DNA from: an uncultured Gammaproteobacteria bacterium
GTDB taxonomy: Bacteria > Patescibacteriota > Microgenomatia > Woykebacterales > RBG-16-39-9b
Direction: 5' to 3'
Length of the DNA: 64,000 nucleotides
Assembly (NCBI GenBank): GCA_965231125.1
Contig: OZ246414.1
Coordinates: forward strand, 145,739 to 209,738
Numbering within the stretch: the stretch's first letter is position 1; each line of letters opens with the position of its first letter. Under the pieces are notes generated by a model. The model made no database searches, was not told where the DNA came from, and saw nothing but the letters and a program-made list of their open reading frames with translations. A program made the position numbers and the translations under genes. This document shows positions 37,909 to 44,877 of this stretch, piece after piece.

Positions 37909-39846
37909 ATGAGTAAAACCATTGGTATAGATCTTGGAACAACAAACTCGGCCGTCGCTGTCGTTGAAGGTGGCCAGCCAAAGATTATTCATTCGGCCGA
38001 AGGCGAAAATATTATTCCTAGCGTTGTCGACCCGGTAAAGCGGGTAGTTGGCCGTGTCGCCAAAAGGCAGGCTGTTGTCAACCCGAAGACCACAATATTT
38101 TCTGTCAAGCGTTTGATGGGTAAGCGGTTTTCGGATAAGAGCGTTCAAGAAGATAAAAAGTGGTTGCCTTACGAAATAAAAGAGGGGAAAAACGCTGTGG
38201 CGGTGGTTGAGGTCGAAGGAAAAGAATATACGCCGCAAGAAATTTCTGCTCAAATTTTGCAGAAAATAAAAGCCGACGCAGAGGCCTATCTTGGTGAAAA
38301 AGTGACCGAGGCAGTTATTACTGTACCCGCCTACTTTGACGATTCGCAGCGTCAGGCGACCAAGCAGGCCGGGGAAATCGCCGGTCTTGATGTGAAAAGA
38401 ATTATTAACGAACCAACAGCTGCCGCTCTGGCGTATGGTCTTGAAAAAGAGAAAGCCCACACTATCGCCGTTTATGATCTTGGTGGCGGTACTTTTGACG
38501 TTACCGTTCTCGAACTTGGTGAAGGAGTTTTCGAAGTGAAGGCGACGGCCGGCGACACTCACCTTGGAGGAGACGATTTTGACCAAAAAGTAATTGACTA
38601 TCTTGTCGAGGAGTTCAAAAAGGAACAAAGTGTGGATCTGGCTGCCGATAAGCAAGCCTTGCAAAGGTTGCGGGACGCTGCCGAAAAAGCCAAGGTAGAG
38701 CTTTCCACCACTCTCGAAACCGAAATTAACATACCTTATATTACCGCTGATGCCTCCGGCCCAAAGCATTTGGTGATGAAACTTACCCGCGCCAAACTAG
38801 AATCTCTCACCCAAGAACTTATCGACCGCTCTTTTAAAGCAGTAGAGCAAGCTTTGAAAGATGCAAAGATTGAAGGCTCAAAGATTGACGAAGTTGTTTT
38901 GGTAGGTGGCCAAACCCGCATGCCGGCGGTTCAAGAAAAAGTAAAAAGCTTCTTTGGTAAAGAACCGCACAAAGGAATTAATCCGGATGAAGTAGTGGCC
39001 ATTGGCGCGGCGATTCAAGGAGCAGTTCTAGCCGGTGAAATGAAAGAGGTTGTGCTTCTCGATGTAACTCCCCTATCTCTTGGAGTAGAGACTCTGGGCG
39101 GAGTTAGCACCGTTTTGATTGCCAGAAACACCACTGTTCCAACTTCAAAATCCGAAGTCTTTTCCACCGCCGCGGACAATCAAACGAGTGTCGAGATTCA
39201 CGTGCTGCAAGGTGAGCGGCCAATGGCGACGGATAATAAGTCACTCGGCCGGTTTATCCTCGAAGGAATTCCACCGGCGCCACGAGGCATGCCGCAAGTG
39301 GAAGTGACTTTTGATATTGACGCCAACGGCATCCTCCACGTGACGGCCAAAGACAAAGCCAGTGGCAAAGAGCAAAAAATTACGATAACCGGATCCACCG
39401 GCTTGTCCAAAGAAGAAGCAGAAAAAATGGCTCAAGAGGCCGAGGCCCACGCCGAAGAAGACGCCAAGAAAAAAGAACTAATTGAAGCCCGCAACATTGC
39501 CGACTCTTTGGTCTACACGGCCGAGAAATCACTGAAAGACGCTGGTGATAAAGTGCCGGCGGATATTAAAACCGAAGTGGAAGAAAAAGTGAAAGCTTCT
39601 AAAGAAGCGATCGCTGGGGATGATTTGGAAAAAATTAAAAAAGCCACCGACGAACTCGGTCAAAGTCTCCAAAAAATCGGTCCAGCCATGACGGAGACTC
39701 CTCCAGGAAGTGACAAAACCGAATCCTCCGCGCAAGAGGAAATAAAAGCCGAAGGCGAAGCCACAGGTCCTGAGCCTGTCGAAGGAAAGGAAGAATCCAA
39801 AGGCGACACCGTCGAAGGCGAAGTAGTGGATGAAGAGAAAAAATAA
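37909..39846 (+). CDS. dnaK: Chaperone DnaK
   Basis: [28 protein letters not shown]. Confidence 0.98.
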   Translation: MSKTIGIDLGTTNSAVAVVEGGQPKIIHSAEGENIIPSVVDPVKRVVGRVAKRQAVVNPKTTIFSVKRLMGKRFSDKSVQEDKKWLPYEIKEGKNAVAVVEVEGKEYTPQEISAQILQKIKADAEAYLGEKVTEAVITVPAYFDDSQRQATKQAGEIAGLDVKRIINEPTAAALAYGLEKEKAHTIAVYDLGGGTFDVTVLELGEGVFEVKATAGDTHLGGDDFDQKVIDYLVEEFKKEQSVDLAADKQALQRLRDAAEKAKVELSTTLETEINIPYITADASGPKHLVMKLTRAKLESLTQELIDRSFKAVEQALKDAKIEGSKIDEVVLVGGQTRMPAVQEKVKSFFGKEPHKGINPDEVVAIGAAIQGAVLAGEMKEVVLLDVTPLSLGVETLGGVSTVLIARNTTVPTSKSEVFSTAADNQTSVEIHVLQGERPMATDNKSLGRFILEGIPPAPRGMPQVEVTFDIDANGILHVTAKDKASGKEQKITITGSTGLSKEEAEKMAQEAEAHAEEDAKKKELIEARNIADSLVYTAEKSLKDAGDKVPADIKTEVEEKVKASKEAIAGDDLEKIKKATDELGQSLQKIGPAMTETPPGSDKTESSAQEEIKAEGEATGPEPVEGKEESKGDTVEGEVVDEEKK

Positions 39847-39916
39847 TGGCTCAGTCCTCCGAACTGTCGAAACGCGCTGCTTGACAAAACCGGAAGTGGT
39901 GTATAATGTATAGTGT

Positions 39917-40189
39917 ATGAGAAGAAAACAGATTTATCTCACTGATACACTAGAGCGGGAAATTAATATTCTTTCCAGGAAACAAGAAAGACCAAAATCC
40001 GAAGTTATTAGAGAGCTTTTGGAAATTGGGTTAAAGAAAAAAGAAACTAAAGAAGCACCGAGTGAAATACTACTAAAGATTGCCGCAAAAGCAGCACCAG
40101 GCCCCGGCGATCTTTCTACTAATTTTAAACGCTATCTTTACGGCGATAAATCCACAAATTATGGAAAAAGAGCTATTCGTAGACGCTGA
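39917..40189 (+). CDS. Ribbon-helix-helix antitoxin (VapB-like)
   Basis: MRRKQIYL...KSEVIRELL RHH; DLS....YLYG tail; overlaps PIN gene. Confidence 0.8.
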   Translation: MRRKQIYLTDTLEREINILSRKQERPKSEVIRELLEIGLKKKETKEAPSEILLKIAAKAAPGPGDLSTNFKRYLYGDKSTNYGKRAIRRR

Positions 40190-40583
40190 TGCTTTTGTAG
40201 CCTTGGTAGATTCCAAAGACTCAAACCATGAATTGGCAGTTGCGGTTAGTAGTTCGGTAAGTAAGTTTGCTTTGGGCTCAGTGACATCAGACCCTGCTTT
40301 GGGTGAGGCAATTACAGTTATTAGCCAAAATGTTGGACATCAGATAGCTGTAAACTTTGGCCAAGAAGTTTTAAGTAGCAGATTAGAGATAGTTGAGGTT
40401 GATACAAAGATTAGAAATAAAGCTTTTGAAATTTTCAAAGACCAAAGGTCTAAAAACTCACGGTTCACTGATGCAGTTAACATGGCAATAATGGAACAAA
40501 GAGGTTTGAAAGAGATTTTTAGCTTCGATGAGGACTATAAAAAAAGTGGGTTTGTAAGATTAGGAAAAGACAAGGAAGTTTGA
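40161..40583 (+). CDS. PIN-domain toxin (VapC-like)
   Basis: LFVDADAFVAL...D..H, FTDA, IFSFDEDY. Confidence 0.88.
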   Translation: MEKELFVDADAFVALVDSKDSNHELAVAVSSSVSKFALGSVTSDPALGEAITVISQNVGHQIAVNFGQEVLSSRLEIVEVDTKIRNKAFEIFKDQRSKNSRFTDAVNMAIMEQRGLKEIFSFDEDYKKSGFVRLGKDKEV

Positions 40584-40814
40584 GTATCTATATTTCCAAA
40601 AGCTAGCTTCTTGACATGTTATTGGGTTTCCTGTATTTTATTTCTAATGATACTTCGCTTTATTCCAGACATTCCGCAGATCTTTACCGACTAAAAAGTC
40701 GGCGGTCTGGCGGTGTTTTGGTTTAAAGCCCTCCTCTTTTAATTTTCACTAAAAACAAAAACACCCTTGGACCCAGCCGACTAAGCGGGTTTTTTCCATA
40801 GGAGGAAGGAAAAA

Positions 40815-41120
40815 GTGATCGACGGCAACTACGAAGTAATAAAAGGCCCGGATAACGCTTTGCTTCGTCAAGGGCCAGGAACTCTTCTCCACTTTGCATT
40901 GAAGGGACTTGGCGACGTGATTATAAGAAGCACTGTCGTCGAACCTACGGCAGTTGGGTGTTGGTTGGTTGTAGGTAAAACTCCACACAGGAGACTATCG
41001 TTAACGGTGAAATACCGGGAGTTGAGTTGTGGGCTGAATAAGGGTTCAGCGGAAGTAGAAACCCTTCCTCGCGTTCAGAGACCAAATAAGAAGAGGGAAA
41101 ATGCGTACCTCGTCACTTGA
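40815..41120 (+). CDS. Hypothetical protein (orphan)
   Basis: AGGAGGAAGG SD; upstream TTGACA at 40611; terminator 41131-41165. Confidence 0.6.
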   Translation: MIDGNYEVIKGPDNALLRQGPGTLLHFALKGLGDVIIRSTVVEPTAVGCWLVVGKTPHRRLSLTVKYRELSCGLNKGSAEVETLPRVQRPNKKRENAYLVT

Positions 41121-41130
41121 GCAGATCTAT

Positions 41131-41165
41131 AGGCGGCTTTGCCACAAACAAAGCCGCTTTTCTTT
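41131..41165 (+). terminator. Intrinsic terminator
   Basis: GCGGCTTTG...CAAAGCCGC followed by TTTTCTTT. Confidence 0.75.
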
Positions 41166-41181
41166 ATGCTATTATTTTTTC

Positions 41182-41619
41182 GTGAAAGATTATTTTAAAA
41201 TTATTCCTTCCGCCTTTCTTATTTTGCTCAAAGATAGCGCCGTGCTTATGCAAAAGCGCCAAAACACTGGTTGGCAAGATGGAAACTACAGTTTAGTTTC
41301 TGGGCATTTGGATGGTGGCGAGTCGGTTACTGATGCACTAACTCGAGAGGTTAAGGAAGAAGCGAATATTTCCGTGAATAAAAAAGATTTAAAGCTTGTT
41401 CACGTTATGAGCAAGCTTTCGGGAGACCAGGAAAGAGTGGATTTCTTTTTTGTTTGTGAGAATTGGCGGGGTGAGATAAAAAACGCCGAGCCTGAAAAAT
41501 GTGAAGAGTTAAAATGGTTTCCGATTGACAAACTTCCAGAAAACACAATCCCGTCAGTTAAAGAAGCGATCAAGAACTTCCAAAAAGGAGTCTTCTATTC
41601 AGAATTTGGTTGGAAGTAA
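41182..41619 (+). CDS. NUDIX hydrolase (MutT-like)
   Basis: RQNTGWQDG.YSLVSGHLD.GES....REVKEE, EPEKC. Confidence 0.88.
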   Translation: MKDYFKIIPSAFLILLKDSAVLMQKRQNTGWQDGNYSLVSGHLDGGESVTDALTREVKEEANISVNKKDLKLVHVMSKLSGDQERVDFFFVCENWRGEIKNAEPEKCEELKWFPIDKLPENTIPSVKEAIKNFQKGVFYSEFGWK

Positions 41620-41625
41620 CGTGCG

Positions 41626-41652
41626 TTAGCAAATATTTGCGCAATCTGCTAA
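41626..41652 (+). promoter_or_regulatory. CIRCE-like operator upstream of dnaJ
   Basis: TTAGCAAAT-N9-ATCTGCTAA, canonical 9-9-9 geometry. Confidence 0.65.
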
Positions 41653-41723
41653 AATCCAAATTTGACTATGGCAAAAAAAGATTTAGTTTTACTTCGTAAA
41701 ACGCAAGATTTCGGAGGAACGAA

Positions 41724-42830
41724 GTGACGAAGAAAGATTACTACGAAATATTAGGCGTTTCTAAAACTGCATCTACGGATGAAATCAAGAAAGCTTACCG
41801 GCAAAAAGCCCGGCAGCATCACCCAGATGTAGATAAATCTCCTGATGCTGAAAAAACTTTTAAAGAAATAAACGAAGCCTATCAAGTGCTTTCCGATCCA
41901 CAAAAGAAAGAAGCTTACGACAGGTTTGGTCACGCTGCCTTTGAAGGGGCTGGTGCCGCTTCCGCCGGTCGAAGTCCTGGTGGTTTTAGTTATCAATACG
42001 GTCCGGGAGTGGAGTTCGATTTTGATTTTGGTGGCTTTCGCGACCCATTTGAAATCTTTGAGGAGTTTTTTGGGGCTCGTTCCCCGTTTGGTGGAGGAAG
42101 GTCCCGTCGCGGCCCAAGAGCAGGAGAAGACCTTCACTACGAGATAACCATTCCTTTTGAGCAAGCGGCGTTCGGGGCCGAAAAGAAAATTGAGATTCCT
42201 CGAGCCGAAGTTTGCGGGCATTGCAAAGGCAGTGGCGCAGAGCCTGGTTCAAAAGCCAAAACTTGTCCAACTTGTCAGGGCCGCGGGCAAGTGCAACGTC
42301 AAGCGAACACTATTTTTGGTTCTCTCATGACCCAACAAATTTGTCCAGAGTGTCACGGCGAAGGCCAGATAATCGAGAATAAATGTAGAGAATGTAAAGG
42401 CAGTGGTCGGGTGCGATCGGTTAAGGAAACGACAATTAACATCCCTGCTGGAGTAGACGATGGCGACACGGTGAGATTTGCGGGACTGGGTGAAGCCGGG
42501 GAAAAAGGTTCTGGCTACGGTAATCTATATTTAACTATCCGCGTGGCTCCTCACAAAGAATTTAAACGGGCCGGCTACGACTTGTATTTTGAACAGCCAG
42601 TCTCTTTTTCCCAAGCCGCCTTGGGAGACGTTATTGAAGTTGAAACTCTTGATGGAAAAGTTAAATTAAAAATTCCAGAAAGCACTCAAACCGGCACTGA
42701 ATTTAGAATTCGCGGAAAAGGGATAAAGCATGATGGCAGCCGAGGCGACCAATTTGTTCGGGTAAAAGTAGTTACTCCCAAAAATCTTTCAAGTAAAGAA
42801 AAAGAGGCATTAAGAGAATTAGAAGGTTAA
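41724..42830 (+). CDS. dnaJ: Chaperone DnaJ
   Basis: J domain with HPD, G/F region, four CxxCxGxG repeats. Confidence 0.97.
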   Translation: MTKKDYYEILGVSKTASTDEIKKAYRQKARQHHPDVDKSPDAEKTFKEINEAYQVLSDPQKKEAYDRFGHAAFEGAGAASAGRSPGGFSYQYGPGVEFDFDFGGFRDPFEIFEEFFGARSPFGGGRSRRGPRAGEDLHYEITIPFEQAAFGAEKKIEIPRAEVCGHCKGSGAEPGSKAKTCPTCQGRGQVQRQANTIFGSLMTQQICPECHGEGQIIENKCRECKGSGRVRSVKETTINIPAGVDDGDTVRFAGLGEAGEKGSGYGNLYLTIRVAPHKEFKRAGYDLYFEQPVSFSQAALGDVIEVETLDGKVKLKIPESTQTGTEFRIRGKGIKHDGSRGDQFVRVKVVTPKNLSSKEKEALRELEG

Positions 42831-42842
42831 CCAAAACAAATG

Positions 42843-42888
42843 AAAAGAGAAAAGGCAGGTCGAATCGACGAATCGGTAAGACCTGCCA
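42843..42888 (-). terminator. Terminator of the tRNA-like operon
   Basis: GGCAGGTC/GACCTGCC stem followed on minus strand by TTTTCTCTTTTC. Confidence 0.65.
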
Positions 42889-42896
42889 GAATAGGT

Positions 42897-42972
42897 TGGG
42901 ACCAGGGACAGGACTCGAACCTGCGACTGTGAGACTGGAAATCTCCTGCTCTACCGCTGAGCTACCCTGGCC
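42897..42972 (-). tRNA. Atypical tRNA: TCC (Gly) anticodon with His-like G-1:C73 acceptor end
   Basis: (G)GCCAGGG TAGCTCAGCGGTAGAGCA GGAGA TTTCCAG TCTCA CAGTC GCAGG TTCGAGT CCTGT CCCTGGT C CCA. Confidence 0.8.
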
Positions 42973-42975
42973 GTT

Positions 42976-43070
42976 TGGAGGCGGCGCCGGTTTCCGATGG
43001 CCTTCCACCAAGTGAACCCCGCAACTAAATGCCGCAACGTTCCTTTCATGTAAGACTCTCCGGCGCCACC
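42976..43070 (-). ncRNA. CCA-ended tRNA-like RNA with an 11-bp terminal stem and no canonical D/T arms
   Basis: GGTGGCGCCGG...CCGGCGCCGCC T CCA; internal hairpins; lies 3 nt from the next tRNA. Confidence 0.55.
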
Positions 43071-43109
43071 ACGATCGTCAATGGGCAAAGCCCGAATGAC
43101 TGAATGGGT

Positions 43110-43181
43110 TGGTCGGGGTGGAGCGATTCGAACGCCCGGTCTACGGGACTTCCCGCTGCCTTACCACTTGGCTACACCCCG
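43110..43181 (-). tRNA. Atypical tRNA: Pro-type acceptor (C1:G72, A73), 4-nt anticodon loop (no anticodon)
   Basis: CGGGGTG TAGCCAAGTGGTAAGGCA GCGGG AAGT CCCGT AGACC GGGCG TTCGAAT CGCTC CACCCCG A CCA. Confidence 0.8.
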
Positions 43182-43226
43182 ACTTTACTCCGACTGCTGC
43201 CGAAGGAACCGTCTCTCCGGTCAGAT

Positions 43227-43319
43227 TCAGCGCCCGAAAAGCTCTGGTACAAACGGCACTATTGCCGCGGCTATCATTACGGCGACCACCAAGACCTGTC
43301 GGATCAACTTCCAGCTCAT
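43227..43319 (-). CDS. 30-aa hydrophobic peptide (MSWKLIRQVLVVAVMIAAAIVPFVPELFGR) inside the tRNA-like operon
   Basis: GGAAGGAG SD 8 nt before ATG; single TM-like stretch; TGA stop. Confidence 0.6.
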   Translation of the reverse strand: MSWKLIRQVLVVAVMIAAAIVPFVPELFGR

Positions 43320-43365
43320 TCCCGTTACTCCTTCCGACTGCACAGACTTGCGTCTGATAGATCTC

Positions 43366-43441
43366 TGGCTCCCCGAGCAGGGCTCGAACCTGCAACCTTT
43401 CCATTCCGAACGGAACGCTCCACCGATTGAGCTACCGGGGA
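43366..43441 (-). tRNA. Atypical tRNA: CGG (Pro) anticodon on an Asn/Gln-type acceptor (U1:A72, G73)
   Basis: TCCCCGG TAGCTCAATCGGTGGAGCG TTCCG TTCGGAA TGGAA AGGTT GCAGG TTCGAGC CCTGC TCGGGGA G CCA. Confidence 0.82.
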
Positions 43442-43444
43442 ATT

Positions 43445-43523
43445 TGGTGACGGCGGCAGGGATCGAACCTGCGTATGGGGATTAAGAGTCCTTACGGAAA
43501 CCAACATCCGAACACCGCCGATC
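43445..43523 (-). tRNA. Degenerate tRNA with Lys(CTT) anticodon loop
   Basis: Loop CTCTTAA, intact T arm GCAGGTTCGATCCCTGC, ACCA end; bulged acceptor, odd D arm, 3-bp anticodon stem. Confidence 0.65.
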
Positions 43524-43545
43524 TTTCTTCCTTTCAATGAAGGAG

Positions 43546-43574
43546 ATTTTATCCTTTTGAAGGCAAGTTGTCAA
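43546..43574 (-). promoter_or_regulatory. Promoter of the tRNA-like operon
   Basis: Minus strand TTGACA-17 nt-TAAAAT. Confidence 0.75.
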
Positions 43575-43643
43575 AGGTTAAAGCCAGGGTTGACCGCTGG
43601 AAAATTTGGTGCTAATATTCGCATATAATTTAAACTTGACTTT

Positions 43644-43669
43644 AAAGTGGGACTAAGATCCCACTTTTT
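43644..43669 (+). promoter_or_regulatory. rimP/nusA-leader-type hairpin
   Basis: AAAGTGGGA-CTAAGA-TCCCACTTTTT upstream of nusA, resembling the GTGGG...CCCAC+U leader of nusA operons. Confidence 0.65.
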
Positions 43670-43728
43670 CGTTAGAAAAAGCAGTCTTAACACAAAGTGT
43701 TAAGAAAACTTTCTTTTTGGAGGAATAA

Positions 43729-44874
43729 ATGGCTTTACGTACAGAGTTTGCAGCCGCTCTAAATCAGGCAGCCGCGGAACGCGGTATTGACCCACAAGAA
43801 GTGTTGGAAATAATTGAAGAGGCGATAGCCGCAGCCTACAAAAAGGATTACGGAGGCCAAATTGAAGATATTTCGGCCGAAATTGACCCTGAAACTGGGG
43901 AAGCTAAAGTCTCGCAAGACGGAAAAGACGTAACTCCTCCGGGCTTTGGCCGCATTGCCGCGCAAACTGCCAAACAAGTACTACTGCAGAGAATTCGCGA
44001 GGCGGAAAAAGGAGCGATTCTTTCGGAGTACGAAAAAAAGGTTGGGGCTGTGGTTAACGGTATGGTTCAAAGAGTTGAAGGCTCAAACGTTGTTGTCGAT
44101 TTGGGTAAAACTGAGGCCATAATGCCGGCCAGTGAAAAAATGCTTGGAGAAGATTATCGTCTGAACCAAAGGTTAAAGTTTTATATAGTTGGTATTAAAG
44201 AATCCGCCAAGGGCCAGGACATTATTATTTCAAGGTCCCATAAAGGCTTGGTTGAGGGGCTTTTCAAACTGGAAGTGCCAGAAATTGGCTCGGGGATCGT
44301 CGAGATAAAAGCAATTGCCCGCGAGGCAGGACAGCGAACTAAAGCAGCCGTTTCTTCAAAACAGGCCGGTGTGGACCCAGTTGGTTCTTGTGTTGGCCAA
44401 AAGGGAGTACGGGTGCAAGCCGTTATTGCCGAACTTGGAGTTGAGAAGATAGATGTTATTGCCTACAGCGACGACCCGGCAAAATTTGTGGCATCGGCTC
44501 TTTCACCAGCCAAGGTGGAAAAAGTGCGCGTTGATGCTGAGAACAAAATCGCCTACGTTTCGGTTCCCGAAGACCAACTCTCTCTTGCCATTGGTAAAGA
44601 CGGTCAGAACGTAAGATTGGCGGCTAAATTAACCGGTTGGAAAGTGGACATTAAAGGCGCCGGCGGCCTTGGTGGAGCCGAGACTTTGAAAGATAAAGTA
44701 GACACAAAAGAGTCTGAGGGGGCTGTTGCCAAGCCAGGAAAAAAGAAGACTCTTGCCAAAAAGGGAGCCAAGAAGCAAGAAAAAGAAGAAGAAACAAAAG
44801 AAACTAAGACCAAGGGAAAAAAGGCAACAACTAAAAAGAGGAAGGAAAGTACGAAGGCAGTTAGGGAAAAGTAA
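43729..44874 (+). CDS. nusA: Transcription termination factor NusA
   Basis: FGRIAAQTAKQV, EVPEI, SLAIGKDGQNVRLAAKLTGWKVDI. Confidence 0.98.
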   Translation: MALRTEFAAALNQAAAERGIDPQEVLEIIEEAIAAAYKKDYGGQIEDISAEIDPETGEAKVSQDGKDVTPPGFGRIAAQTAKQVLLQRIREAEKGAILSEYEKKVGAVVNGMVQRVEGSNVVVDLGKTEAIMPASEKMLGEDYRLNQRLKFYIVGIKESAKGQDIIISRSHKGLVEGLFKLEVPEIGSGIVEIKAIAREAGQRTKAAVSSKQAGVDPVGSCVGQKGVRVQAVIAELGVEKIDVIAYSDDPAKFVASALSPAKVEKVRVDAENKIAYVSVPEDQLSLAIGKDGQNVRLAAKLTGWKVDIKGAGGLGGAETLKDKVDTKESEGAVAKPGKKKTLAKKGAKKQEKEEETKETKTKGKKATTKKRKESTKAVREK

Positions 44875-44877
44875 TTT

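Noticed and set aside
37885-38769. 294-aa ORF antisense to dnaK, and a similar 335-aa ORF antisense to ftsK at 52775-53782
   Set aside because: Shadow frames of conserved genes with no recognisable motifs
42897-42972. Reading this tRNA as Trp(CCA) or as a UGA-recoding tRNA
   Set aside because: Stem register puts TCC at 34-36, and long genes read through intact with TGA as stop
42772-43537. ORF-track frames of 70-134 aa over the dnaJ-nusA gap
   Set aside because: They overlap the tRNA-like genes and are translations of structured RNA; only the SD-led 30-aa ORF is retained
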